DNA of 64,000 bases from Vitrella brassicaformis CCMP3155 (GCA_001179505.1 CDMY01000352.1:1-64000); one strand, 5' to 3'; counted from the stretch's first letter, positions 38,521-51,934 are shown. Made by a program: numbers and translations. Notes: generated by a model from the letters alone, not told the origin.

Positions 38521-39610
38521 ATGACGCGTTGTGTGCTCCGTTCGGTGCTGCTGGTTACCGCCGGCCACGCGGCAATCGCGTTCGGGGCGGGGGCGGCCGT
38601 GTCAGTCCGAGGCGATGTGCGTGCGGACGGCCCTGCGGCCGCCCCAGCGCGGTTCACGCAGGACTTTGACCTCAGCTCGGACACGAGCAGCCTGGAGGTG
38701 CGGACAAATGTGGAGCTGGATGATGACGCCACACAGGCGACCCTCATTATGGTGGACCCCGATGCGGTGAGAAGGGAGGGAGCGCCAGGGAGGGAGAGAG
38801 GGCCAGACAGGGAGAGCTTCACATTGCCACGTCGTCACTGCTGCAATCCTTTGTGTTTCTTTCGCGTGTGCGTGAGTCAGCCTAACGGTTGTCAGGGCAA
38901 TGCCAAAGCCAAGAAGCAAAACAAGGTAAGGTCCTGCCTTCAACGCAGACAGCGGCACGTGCTCTGTGTGATTGTGGCCGGCAGGACTACTTCCACTGGT
39001 GGGTGGCGAACCTAACAAAAGGAAAGTTCACACCCGAACAGGAGAAAGGTCAGCTCATACCCACCAAAACACACTCGCTGACTTTCGGTCCGCTTCGTGT
39101 GTGGCTGTCCAGCTTGTGAGGGTACCGTCGTGGCACTGGGTCCGAGCAAGAGCTGGTCGGGCTGCGAAATGCTGGAATTCGTCCCGCCCTCACCGCCCAA
39201 GGGCATGGTAACTAACACTCACTCAGGCAGCCGCCACGTACTAGAGGAAAAGGAGGAATGGACCGTTGCCGTCTGTCTGTCTGTCTCTCACACTACACAG
39301 CACCGTTACCAGATCTACATAGTGATGGGCGGCAAGAAGGCCGAGCTCCCTAATGCCCCCGAGGGACGCGCACAGAAGAAGGTACGTGATGTCACTGCTT
39401 AGCTTACTGACTGTTCTAAACGCCCACGTTGGCTTGTTTGTCGTTCAGAGCTTCTTCCAAGCCATAACCAAGTCTGCCGGGGTCGAAATGGCGCCACTGG
39501 CGACCTTTTTTGCGTGTGCTGACAGTTCTGAGCAGCTGTGCGAGACGGCAATGAGTGAGCAGGAACTGCCCAAGGGATGCGAGGTAGAGTCGGTACCTGG
39601 CATCAAATAG
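38521..39610 (+). CDS. Phosphatidylethanolamine-binding protein (PEBP/RKIP family) with N-terminal hydrophobic leader
   Basis: TLIMVDPDA|, DYFHWWVANL, FVPPSPPKG| and HRYQIYI are the PEBP signature motifs in the expected order. Confidence 0.88.
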
Positions 39611-40672
39611 ACGGACGGATGGATCTGTAGAAGACAAGCAAGTATCTGGCTGGCTGCGTACCGACGGTAATTTGTGCGCCTTTAAGTATCCACACCACCA
39701 GGCCGCCGTGCCTGAGCACCGAGAGAGGATGGGGGGTGGGGGGGGTGAGGGGGCTGGTGTGGTGGGTGCCGTTACGTAGGTTTGCGCGTACAGACACCCC
39801 CATTTAGGCGGTGTGGGTTGTGGATGAAATTACGTATAGATATCGATGTTATCTCTGTATCTCTGTCTAACTGTTTGTTGACGAGACAAGTTTGCACAAT
39901 ACACAAACCGTTTGTGTCGTGCAGTGCATGTGTGGGTGTGTGGGCTGGCGGAATGAATCGAGTCAGTCAAGGAACGGACGGACTCGAGCAACTCGATTGA
40001 TTGAAAATGTGATCGTCGTGTCGCGACTCTGTGATCGTCGTGCCGCGCCTGTCCGTCCAGCCACTCGACATGCACCACATATCACCTCACCTCACCAGCA
40101 GCGTAGCATGTATGTGTGTAGAGACCAAACTCACGCAGGCACGCACGCACGCACACAAAAACCACTACACTCGATCAGCCAGCCAGACAGTCATTGATCG
40201 GTTCGATGCCTCCGGCCATCCCTCGCGTCACGTCACGCTCTGCGCGTGCAGTGTGTCCATTCACTCACTCTAGTGGATTGGATGCATGGCGGCCATTCTT
40301 TCGAAGCCAGCCGACCGACTTCATTTCTTCAGACTTGGCGTGCGTGTCTCTATATCACGCACCAGAGCGACCGCTGTCCTCGCTGTCTGCCTGCCAGTGT
40401 ATAGGGCCCTTCGGGCGCCAAAGCAGGTCTCGCCCCACACACACGCAAATCCATCCAATCCCAGCCCAGGGCCCGGCCAAGCGCACAATAGTCAGTCAGT
40501 CAGTCGGCCAGCCAAGCGAGCTACTCCCCCCCTCTCACTCCACGCGTGCATCCGAGAATGGGCATCACATCAAACAGTCGGCAAAAGGAACAAAAGGCAC
40601 GGCACACAGTCGGCACAACACACACGGCCCTGTGTGTACGCTGGTGGCTGTCTGTGTGGTCGGGTCGGTTGT

Positions 40673-42136
40673 TTAGTGGTATTTCTGTTTGGCGAGTGAG
40701 TAGAGGAGTGTGCCGCCGACAGCGATGGCCGAGCCGATGCCGCCCACGAGCGAGATGGGGTTGCGGAAGACTATCACCGACGCCAAGATGATCACCACAC
40801 GCTTCAGAGTGTTGGCCACAGCATGAGTCACCGCATTCAGTCTAAACACACACACATCCACCCAACACACGCCTTGATGTGACGACCGTGTGTGGGGGGG
40901 GAGGGGGTAGATTCTGACCTGCCGAGGGTGATGAATGCGACTTCGTTGTATGAGTAGTACCAGACGCCGGACAGCAGCGTGTACCAGGCAATGCTCTGCC
41001 AGGTGTTGCCGCTGTCGATGGCCGTCGCCTTTTCCCACTCGCCGCTGATCTCCTTGCCCTCGATCATCAGCGCCACCACTGTGCTCAGGAGCTGATACAC
41101 ACACACACACAGACACACACACACACACACACACACACATATGGGGGGGGTTCAACCATGGTGGTGTGTGTCGGTGTGAGCTTACCGTCGAGACGATCGT
41201 CAGGAGCGAGTACAGGTTCGCGGAGTCAAGGTTCTCACCGATCTCCTTGGTGTCCTTCTGAACCCTCTTCGCGAAAATGCCTACACGCACACAGAGAGAG
41301 AGAGAGCAAAGGGCTCTTCTCCGGGCCCCCTGCCCGCCCACCACACGAGTTCGTTCTCACTTCTGAGTGACGATCCCAGGTTGGAGACCATTGCGCCGGT
41401 GAACGAGAGCCAGGTGAAGGAGAGTTCCTTCATGGCCGCCACGGCCACGCCGCCCACCACGGGGACGAGCGCCAGGTAAGTGAGCGGGTGGAAGACCTCC
41501 TTGAGCATCACGCCCGCCAGCAAAGCCGTTATGGCCGGCTCGCCCGCCTTGACGATGTGCGTGAACGACACCGCACCAGCAGCTGGACAGACACCACACC
41601 ACACAACCACACATAGTTCAGTCACATCACATGGGACGCCTTCCTGTTGGTTCAGTCAGCGACCTGACCTACCCATTGACACGGCGGCGCCAGCGTGGAC
41701 GCCCAAGTGGAAGACGCCCTGTGGGGCGATTTTCTTCCAGAATGCGGGCCAGTTGTTGATGATGGGCATCTTGCGGCCGCCGGTGAGCCAGAGTGGCCAG
41801 AACCAGAGCCAGCCGATCCAGAGCTGGATGGTGGAGATGGTCCATGGCAGGTTGAGCATGTTGACGGCCTTCTTGTTGTGGATGTTGTACCAGGTGTTGA
41901 GGAAGTACCACAGAGCCACCAGACCCAATGTGATGAGCGTCTCCCTCATGTCGCTTGAGGCCGCCTTCTTCTCCTCCTGCGTCAATGAGTGAGAGAGGAC
42001 AGGACGACGGACGACATCGACAAGAGCGCATGATTGCCTGCCTGCCAGCCTGGCTGTGGCTGAGTGGCTGATGTATGTATACCTCCTTCTTCTCATTGTC
42101 CCTGAAGGTGCCGTACGCTGCGCCGCGGGTCGTCAT
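40673..42136 (-). CDS. Plastid triose-phosphate/phosphate translocator, leaderless APT1/oTPT type
   Basis: WYFLNTWYNIHNKKAVN, AVSFTHIVKAGEPAITA, ELSFTWLSFTGAMVSN, YYSYNEVAF and AVTHAVANTLKRVVIILASVIVFRNP; short N-terminus MTTRGAAYGTFRDNEKKE. Confidence 0.93.
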
Positions 42137-42381
42137 GGTGTGGGCTGCTCGGCTGCCTGGGAGATCTACCAGACAGGCAGACAGCACGTTCACACACGCC
42201 ACATGCACATGCAGACAGGTTTTCGTTGTCGTGGGGCAGATGTGGGTACCTGAGCGGTGCCTCGTTCGTTCGTCAACCTCACAGGGACCTTGCCTCAGAG
42301 CGACGTTCACCAAAGCTGATTGGTGGGGTTTGGATCGCCTGCCCTAACCCTAAAACCCTGCGAGCAGCGGTGTGTAGATGG

Positions 42382-43349
42382 ATGTCGAGTGATTTGAGTC
42401 ATTCGCCGGCGCCGCCGCCAATCAAACCGAGGAGTCACAAGACCGTGCTGCTCGGGTGAGCGAATGATGAGGTCACAGCACCAGGCAAGAAGCAGAAGCA
42501 GCGGCAAGCTGTTCTCGTTGCTGTCTGCAGGGATGCGTCAGTTGGCAAGTCGAGCATAGTGATGCGGTTCGTCAAGAACGTCTTCTCGGACGCCATGGAG
42601 GCGACTGTAGGTATTGAGAGCATTCACACACATATTCTATTCCACATCAGCACACACACGGAGCCACGCACAGCAGCAGAGGGATGGATGCATGGTTGTT
42701 TGCAGAGAGCATTGCATACCGTTCTGATTGAGTGACTGACTGACTGAGTGTACCAGTGTCTGTCTGTCTGTGTGCGTCTATCTGTTCTGTTGATTCCTTT
42801 CGTGCAGGTGCGGCGTTTGCCACCCAGACGCTTGACGTGGACGGCAAGACAGTCAAGTTCGAGATATGGGACACCGCTGGTGAGTGGGTCAATAAGCATC
42901 GTGAGAGAGAGGGTACACCCATGGCATGCGCTGGCTTATTGGTTGGCGTTCTCTTTCATCTCACGCATCAATCCATCAGGTCAGGAGCGGTTTTCGAGTC
43001 TGGCTCCGATGTACTACAGGGGCGCGTCAGCGGCCATTGTGGTCTATGACCAGAGCAACAGACAGTCTTTCGAGCGCGCACAGACATGGTACACACGTGG
43101 CTGTGTGTGTGTTTGGAGGGAGGCACTGCACACCACACCTGGATGGGATGTGTGTGGGGTGCATGTGTGGTTTGTGTTTTGATGTATCAGGGTGAAGCAG
43201 CTGCAGCTGTCGGGCAACCCCAACATCGTGATTGCGCTGGCTGGTGGGTCCACACAAACACACACCACACAGAGAGAGAAGCGTGGGACTGACTGCCATG
43301 ACATCGACATGGTCGGTGTCGTGTGTGTGTGTGTGTTTGTGTGTGTTTT

Positions 43350-43389
<40 letters not shown>

Positions 43390-43951
43390 TGTGTGTTGCC
43401 GCGTCCGTCCGTCAGCCAACAAGATGGATTTGCCTGAGAGGGCAACTTCCCTTGAGCAGGCCAGGCAATACGCTGGTCGGTGAGCTCAGCTCGGTGGGCT
43501 GGCTACAAGCACGCCATCCATCCATCCATCCATCCATCTATCCAATGTACTTATTGATTGGCTCAGATGACAACGGCTTGTTGTTTATCGAGACATCCGC
43601 CAAGACGGGGCAGAACATACAGCAGCTCTTCAGCATGCTCGGTCCGTCGACAAAGAAATAAGGAGACACTCGCTCACGGTCCGTCTGTGACCTGATTGAT
43701 CATTGCAGCACGGCGGTTGCCTGAACAGCCAGTGCAGCAAGCTGCGGCAGGTCAGACAGAGAGAGAAAGAGAGAGCGCCAGTGGGGCGAGGCGGCGACGA
43801 TGCATGCATCATTTCGTTCGGTGCTTGGTGTGTCGTGTGGTGTGTGTCGTCGTGTCTGTCATTGTCAGGTGCGTTGCGTTTGGATGCGACCCCCAACACG
43901 GCCTCGGCCAAGCCAGCCACGCTGTCATCGCGGTGCTGCTCGAGTGCGTGA
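42382..43951 (+). CDS. RAB5: Rab5-family small GTPase
   Basis: KTVLLG|[19 protein letters not shown]|[12 protein letters not shown]|[24 protein letters not shown], |NKMDL and FIETSAKTG; C-terminal prenylation motif RCCSSA*. Confidence 0.93.
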
Positions 43952-44648
43952 GAGCCGACAGACAGACAGACAGACAGGCTGCCTAAGTGTGCGTGCGAGG
44001 TGATGGAACAGACAGGGCGGACCGACCGGCGGGGCGGGATGGATACGTTTCGTTTTTTGACGACGCTGACTGACTGACTTGGCAGACCTCTGTGTTTGTT
44101 GTACATGTGTGTGTATGGGTGTTTTTGGGTAAGAATGTGTTGGTATAACGCACACACACACACATCATGGGTTCAAACCCTCCCCCTCGTGCTACCTACC
44201 TAACTCTGTCGGCTCTCGGCCGTGTCAGTCAGTCATGTGTTGATTGATGGATACATGTCACGACGGGGCTGAGGCCTGCAGACCAGCAAAAGACTGCTCG
44301 CTAGGGCTGGCCACCTCCAGGCTGCGAACGACACGTGCCCCCGCGGCCGGCCACACGTGACGGACCAGACAGACTTGTCAATGGGATACATGGCCAGGCA
44401 GACCATTCTATCTGTCCCATCCCCACAGAAGCATCCATGGCATTAGACACACGAATCACGCCATCCCCCCACGCCCGCTCAGCCCGTCACGAGGGCCTAT
44501 CCTTCCCACACACTCATTCCCTCTGTCAGTCAGTATGTCTATGTCTGTCAGTCTGTCTGTCTGCAGACGAACACACGCCAGCCGGACCTATGCTTCAAAA
44601 CCCGCTCCTAGGCACATCACTCACTCACTCACTCAGCCAACAACTCAT

Positions 44649-47600
44649 TCACCACTCATCCTCCTCGTTGTCATCGGTGGCACCACCGCCGGCCCCACCA
44701 CCACCGCCCGCGACAGGTGCGGGTGCAGGCATCACCCACCTGCGGACCTCGCCACGCTGCTCGTCTGCTGCTTGCTCCTCGGTGGGCTCGGTGCTGCTGC
44801 TGGCCATGCTGGCACTGTGGCCGTGGGAGGGGGTGGGGCCAGGCGCCTTGGGCACATAACGCTGCATACACACATATGCACAGAGAGACGCGGGGGTGGA
44901 TGGATGGATGGATGGATCGGTGCCTCTTTGTTCGTGTGTATGTGGTGCATGTGGGGTGGTGTGGTGTTTGTTCACCTGGCTGCCCCCTCTGCCACCCGGT
45001 GCGGGTGGCGGCATTCCTCCGCCCCATGAGCCGCCCCCTCCTCCTCCCCCTCCCCTGTCGCTGCTATTCCTACGGTGTCTACCGGGCCCCTTGATGTGTC
45101 TGCGATTCTGGCCCTGGCCCTCTCCACCACCACCCTGCTGCTGGTGCTGCTGTTGTTGACCTTCCGAGCCCGCCTCGTCATACATGGCGCGCTTCCACCC
45201 TTTGCCCCCTCCCCCGCCACCTCGTGTGCTCTGGTTCTGCCGCCCCCCTCCGATGAGATTGTCCTTAGCCGCCGCCTTGCGCTTCCACACCGTCTTGTGG
45301 TTGCCGCCTTGACCCTGGGCCTCACTGCCTGGCGACAATTGCTGCTGCTGCTGCTGCTGCTGCTTGGAGCCGTTCTCGTGCTGGTGCCGGAGTTGGGAAG
45401 TGGTGGGCTGGCTGTGTCTCTCTGTTGTTGTGTGGCGTGTGTTGGCCGGGAATGGAGCAGCTGCTGGGGCAGGTGCAGGTGCAGGTGCAGAGGCAGGGGA
45501 TGGGCCTGGGGTGTCTCTGCTGCTGGTGCTGCTGGTGCTGGGGATGGCGTGACGCGAGGCGGGCGAGCTCGAAGGCGAGTTCGCGTTGATGACGACCTTC
45601 ATGGCCGACCTAAACACCGCACCGGGCCTCTCGCGCGACGATCTTCCTCTCCCCCTGTCATCCCCACCACCACCACCACCGCGCCTCTCCTCTCTCTCTA
45701 TGGGGGATGAGCGCCCCTGCAGAATGGACAGCAGCTCTTTGCCCGCTTCAACGCCCTTGAGTCTGGCTCCCGTGGATGACGCCTGTGTGCTGTCGGCTGT
45801 TGTGCTGTCGTGTTGTTGCTGTTGCTGATGTTGCTGATGTTGCTGATGTTGCTGATGTTGCTGATGTGGCTGTGCGATGGGGTGTGGGGCGTTCTTTAGT
45901 GTGTCGAAGAGGCTGGGCGGGGAGACGATTGTCGGCGTGGTGTGGGAGAAGGGGATGGGCGGGATGGTCGCGCGAGAAGAATGCTGCACCCACATGACAA
46001 TGAACATGACAATGTCATGTATATGTCAAGAGAGCTGTGAGGCCTCTTCCCGTGCACACTTACCATTCCGTTGTCCCTGTCAGTGTGCCCATTCCTCCCC
46101 CCGCCCTCTTCCCCCACCCCCACCTGCTGCTCCTGCCCACGGCCCCCACCATTGCCCGCACCCTGGGCAAGTCCAGAAGTCTCACGCAACCGCTCAAGCA
46201 CAAAACTGATCCCATCGTCACCACCATGATGGTTTTCGCTTCTGGCCGCCACACCGCTCTCCTGCCCCTGGGCCTGCTGCTGCTGTGCTTGTGGGGGGAA
46301 CAACGCTGCCAATGATGGGGGCAGCTGCGCGCCGGGCGGTCGCGGCGGGGGTGCAGTCACGAGTGGCACCGTCATGGGGGCAGGGTGTGTTCGCGAGGGA
46401 ATCGACGAGCCGCTGGCCGACTGGCTGGGCGATGGGCGAGAGGAGGGGTGGGAGTGCAGGGCTGCGAAGGGGTCGTGATGGTGCGGCTGGGTGCTGGGAT
46501 GGATGTGGGCGGTGTGGGTCTCGCTGTGGTTGCGCCCCCAGGGAGGAGCATGCGTGTGGGTGTGAGTGTGCGGCCAGCCGGGCTGCGACGCGCTCGAAGA
46601 GACCGCTCTGAGGTCCCGATGGTTGTGGCCGTGGCTGCCGTCACCCCGCCCTGCCCCTCCGCTTTTGGCCATTTCCTGTGAGATGAGGTACTGGAGCATC
46701 TCGCGGCCATTCTCGTCGAGCTGGTTCAGGTGCTGCAGCAGCTGATTGTGGCTCATGTGCTGATACTGCTGATACTGCTGGTCCTGCAACTGCTGCAGGT
46801 GCTGCTGCTGCTGCTGATGCGCTTCATGGTGGCCATGGTGGGAGGGGTAGCCGTACGCCGACGAGGGCGAGTCTGGTGAGCCGGGTCGCCAGTCGATGGG
46901 TGGGGGGTGTGTCGGGGGCGGCGGGTACATGTATGGCTGCATCGCCGGGGGGCCGGCAGGGGCAGGAGGGTGGGGGTGGGGAAAGATCCCTCTCCCTGCT
47001 GCTGCTGCGGGTGCTGGAGGGGGCTGGTAGCTACTCGATGGGGGCGGGCGAGACAGCGCATCAACCTGAGGAAGGAACAGAATTAGTAGGACACACAGAG
47101 AGGGCCCGGCGCACTGTGTCTTGGGGGCGGCGCGCTGACTTTGGCTTTGAGTGCAGCGTCGGGTGTGTATCCCGCCTCCTCCATCTCACGAACGTACGCA
47201 CGAGACAGTCCTTCGTCGCCACAACTGCACACGCGCACCGCGGGGCACCCCATAGACACAACAGACGATTCCTTTGCCTCGTGTATGTGTGTGTGTGTGT
47301 GGCTGACTTGACGGCGGTAGTGAGTAAGAGGTTGTATGTCTGTGGCGCGATGGGGATGTTGGAGGCATTGAGGTCGTCCATCACCTGCACCGCCACATCC
47401 AACTGCTGATGACGCGCCGCCCTGAGAGCATTCACAAGGACACACATGCCCATGGTCATCCAAGCAAAGCATCTTAGGACTTCTCTCTGTCTGCACTGCA
47501 TATTGTGTTGTCGGGTACTCACTCCTTGAGTATTTTGACGGCCTCCTTGTTGCCGTCGATGAACCGCCGATGGTGGTCCAGATTCGCACCCGATAACGGG

Positions 47601-48965
47601 GGCGTGCCCGCATCAGCACGACCCGACACACCCGCACCCCTGACACCACCGTCTGCCGCTACCGCTCCCTCCTCTCTCTGCGTGGCGAGGGTGGTGCTGT
47701 CACCCGTCACACGCGGCTGCTTCTTCTCCTCCTTGTTGTGTATGCGGTGCACGGCCTCTCGCACCAGAGCCATCAGCACACGCTCCATCAAACTCCCGCC
47801 CTCCTCTGCTACCGGAACCTCTGCGCTTTCCACCCCAACACCAGCACCAGTATCGACCGTGGCCGTGGCTGTGGCTGCTGCAGTAGGTGGTGGGGGTGGG
47901 GGTGGGGGAGGTATGGCGTCGGCGACTCCGTGCTGCTGCTGCTGCTGCTGCTGTGGCGGTGGGGGCGGCAGTTGTGTGACGGGTTTGCCGACGTTGTGTA
48001 CTTTGCGTAGGGTGGACCGGGAAGGGGACCCTGCCAGAGGGATGGGCGGCGGGGGCTGGGTGGGCAGTGCCGGCAGGGCACCCAGAAACTGACATACATG
48101 AGGAGGACAAGAGAAGAAAGAAACGTATGAGAGAGAGAAAGGGTCTCTGTGTGCTGTGCTGTGCTGTGTTGTGTTGCGTACCTCTGATGGAATGACTTGT
48201 GGCTGTGGCGACCCGACAGACGGTGCCGTCCGTGACTCCAACATCGCCTCTACGCTGTCCTCCCCCTCAATATGCAGATGACGCCCCTTAGAAACACCAG
48301 CAGCAGGCGCAAGACTTGCCGCGGCCGCCTCCAGCGGCCCCCTGACGTCCAAACCGCCCATCCTCTCCATAATCGCATCCACCCCAGCAACGCCACCGAT
48401 CCCAACACCCTCATCATGGCCACCATCCAAGGGCGTCGCGTGTGTGAGCACCGATGTGCTATCAGCAGCCACGAGAGGGGGCTGCGTATGCACCACGGGC
48501 AACGGCAATGGCGCCAGTGGTGCAGGCGCTGCCGTTGCTTGTGTGGGTGATTGAGTGTCGACTGGAGGTGCCGGTGCCGGTGCCGGTGCTGGCGGGGGTG
48601 GGGGAGGAGGGGGCGGCGGGTGTGCGGGGCACGGAACCGGGGATATCACCGACGGCGGGGCCGCCGAGGGCATCCCGAACTGGTGCGCCTGCATCACCGG
48701 CAGCCAACCTTGCTGCTGAATTAATTGCACAGACACACCACACACCACCCACAGATTCACAGATTGATTCACAAGTTCCATGCGTTTGTGGTTATGGGTA
48801 CCTTACCTCCATGGCTGGTTTGGTGTTCTGTTTGGTGGTCTGTTTGGCGGATCGGTCGTTGCGGCGAGAGGGCCTGGCGCCACGGGTGGCGGGAGAGCCT
48901 GGACCTGCCGCATTGGGGGCCGAGGGCGAGAAGGGATGCCGACCCTCATAACTGACATGGGCATA

Positions 48966-49000
<35 letters not shown>

Positions 49001-50042
49001 GGATACCCAACGCGCACAAGACAAGATTCTCCCCTCCCCCTGTTTGTTTGTTTGTGGATGGATTGCGTTGCGTGTGTTGTGTACCCCACCCTCTCTGTTG
49101 CTCGGCGAGTCTTCGCATCCCTGCCCGGGCCGGATCAAAGACGAGCTTGATGCCGTCGGCGCCAGGCGGCCGCTCGCCAGACAATTCACCCAGCTATAAA
49201 CGCGCGGCGCACACACATAGCATACAAGGAGGGGATCACCCATTCACCCACCTACTTACCATGCTCCTCCGCACCCGCAGCATGGTGTGCACAGAGTAGC
49301 GGCATTCCCTCTCCCTCTCCCGCCCCATCACGGCCGTCCGTGAGGGCGGCAGCAGCCCGTACGCCGTCGGCGGCCGACTGGGAGGCAACGGCATCCCCCT
49401 CCCAGCCCCCATCGGAGGACGCGCCACCGAATGCGTCGTATGTGTGGGGGGCCGGCGGGGCGGCATTTGGGCAGCGGCAAGAGGGAGGGTGGGCGTGCCG
49501 CCACGGGGTGAGATGAAGGCCGGGTCGGCGGTATGATGCTGTTGCTGCTGCTGATGCTGCTGATGGTGCTGTCTGGGGTGGTGGTCACGGTGAGGGTCTT
49601 CTCGGCGGCTGGCGTGGTTGTTATCTTTCTTGGTCTTCTTCTCTTTGCCACTGGCGCGTTGCGAGGCTCTGTCAGATTGTCGCTGCTGCCGCGGCCGGCC
49701 CGACACCACAAACCACACCAACGCGCATATCTGCAGCCAGACGAACAAACGCCGACAAGACAACACACCACACCATACCAGCGAAGAAGCCTGGACAGAT
49801 CTCTCCATCCATCTCTGCATCCTATCCATGAGTGTGTGCGCATCTTCCACCCACATGGATGAGCGAGTGGATGAGCTGAGTATTGCTTTGCTTACCAGCG
49901 GCACGGCGATTCGGATGACCCATACGATGATGTTCATGACCTGCATCGTCTGGCTGCTGTGTGTGTGGCCGCCGCCGTCCTCCGTTGCCACGGCGCCATC
50001 GCCCGGTCCGCCTGGCGCAAAGTATGAAGAACCCCCATCCAT
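44649..50042 (-). CDS. Very large low-complexity (Q/P/G/H-rich) protein with an N-terminal TM segment and PPR-like repeats; may be two genes
   Basis: N-terminal MNIIVWVIRIAVPL|..ICALVWFVVS; long open exons at 47519-48781, 45896-46942 and 44649-46007; QQLDVAVQVMDDLNASNIPIAPQTYNLLLTTA and LSRAYVREMEEAGYTPD resemble PPR motifs. Confidence 0.55.
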
Positions 50043-50168
50043 TTCCTCCACAAACGACACGCAGCCGTCCGTCACAACACCGTAACGACTTGGCGCAGAA
50101 TGGAACGCACTTTCTCGGATCTTCGAAGAAATTTACGGGGGTGAAGGGGGTTCGTGAGGTGTATCGGG

Positions 50169-50237
50169 ATTGGTTAATTCACTTTTTTTCCCATAATTGG
50201 TTAATTCACTTTTTTTCCCATAATTGGTTAATTCACT
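50169..50237. repeat. Perfect AT-rich 27-bp direct repeat, 2.5 copies
   Basis: ATTGGTTAATTCACTTTTTTTCCCATA starts at 50169 and 50196, with a partial copy at 50223. Confidence 0.95.
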
Positions 50238-51634
50238 GAATTAGTGGTCACATTTGTCCGGGCAGCACGCACGCCACGCCACGCCATGCCGTGTACGCCA
50301 AGTCATGCCATGCCATGCCGACTCGGGAAGATTAAACCCTCCACACAGCCTCCACAGCGCAGGCACACAGACATGCGCACCACACCACACCACACCATGA
50401 TACGGCAGCACGACAGAGAGAGAGGGAGAGAGAGAGAGAGAGAGAGTGCGCTGGGTGGGGTCGGTGGGTGGGCGGGGGCAGGAAGGCAGCTGTGCCAGCA
50501 GGCAGCCTCTCTTCTGCGGCTCTCTCTGGAGCCACGAGCCACTGTGCGCTGCCTGCCTGCCTGTCTATCATATGCCCCACCATGGGGTGGGGGTTGCTAG
50601 GCTAGATCAAGTCGTTCGCCCGGCGCGCGTGTGATCCACTGATGAATGATGAACAGATGGATGTAACGGATGCGTTAGGCATTGGATGGAAAAACCTCAC
50701 GGAGGCAGACAGACAGACAGACAGATGTCACCCATCCCAAAAGCAAATGCAAACAAACGGTTTGTCTGTCTGTGTTTGTCTGTGCGGCTCCCAGACCACC
50801 CTTCCCCCCCGGCCTCCATCTCTCCTCCCGTCGTCTCAGCTGCCTGGCTGCCATCCTATCATATCTTTCTCTGGCCGGGCCGGCACTGGCAATGACATAG
50901 GCAACAAGGGAGAGAGGGAGGGAGGGAGGGAGGGAGGGAGAGCATAGCGATGTGGGAAAAACACCATAGACGTAACAGACAGATAGATGGATGGATGCAG
51001 TGGCCTTGTGTGTCTGCTGGTGTGTCGTTCATAACCACAATCAGTCAGTCAATCGACAGTACATCATCCCATCCACTGCCAGTCAGTCAGTCAGTCAGTC
51101 TTGAGTCAGTCATCCCATCCTGTAGCTCAGTGGGCAGTGCGGTGGGGGTGTGTGGGGGTCACTCGAGAACAGGATGGTAGGTACGAGGCTGCTGGGTAGC
51201 TGTACACTCGTCAAGACAGACAGGCAGAGAGGATCTGGCAGACAGACAGACAGGGAGAGGGAGGAAGACAGGCAAGCACCGGTCCGTTCATTCGTATGCA
51301 AATTAGATAGATAGATGTGTGTCGGTAGGTATGCAAAACCATCCTCTTGGCCAGGCCATGTAGTGGTTGGTCACACAGACAGAAAATGCGCTGCGCTGCG
51401 TTGCCTTCACAACAACAAGGAGTGGCGGGTGATGTGGCGAGGCAGTGTGTGTGTGATGGTGCCCCCGTGTATGTGTTGCCCATGTGGCTCTACAGGTGCC
51501 CATCCCATCCCATCCCCCCACCCATCCCGCACCCACAGGCACTAAGCTACAAAGGAAGGAAGAGACCAGTATGCAGCCGGCCATCCATCCATCCATCCAG
51601 CTGAGCCTCCCCGCAGCCAGCCATTCACACACAT

Positions 51635-51934
51635 NNNNNNNNNNNNNNNNNNNNNNNNNNNNNNNNNNNNNNNNNNNNNNNNNNNNNNNNNNNNNNNNNN
51701 NNNNNNNNNNNNNNNNNNNNNNNNNNNNNNNNNNNNNNNNNNNNNNNNNNNNNNNNNNNNNNNNNNNNNNNNNNNNNNNNNNNNNNNNNNNNNNNNNNNN
51801 NNNNNNNNNNNNNNNNNNNNNNNNNNNNNNNNNNNNNNNNNNNNNNNNNNNNNNNNNNNNNNNNNNNNNNNNNNNNNNNNNNNNNNNNNNNNNNNNNNNN
51901 NNNNNNNNNNNNNNNNNNNNNNNNNNNNNNNNNN
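51635..51934. other. Assembly gap (300 N)
   Basis: Run of N in the sequence. Confidence 1.

Larger units (their letters stand above)
30503..38800. repeat. Tandem duplication unit 2 (spacer, long modular gene, intact PEBP 5' part)
   Basis: Blocks of near identity with unit 1; 31290-35355 has no counterpart in unit 1. Confidence 0.9.

Noticed and set aside
44165-44185. GGGTTCAAACCC as a tRNA T-arm
   Set aside because: The upstream sequence is (CA)n microsatellite; there is no D-arm, anticodon arm or acceptor stem.
50169-50237. 27-bp direct repeats as a CRISPR array
   Set aside because: The repeats are contiguous with no unique spacers, there are no cas genes, and the context is eukaryotic.
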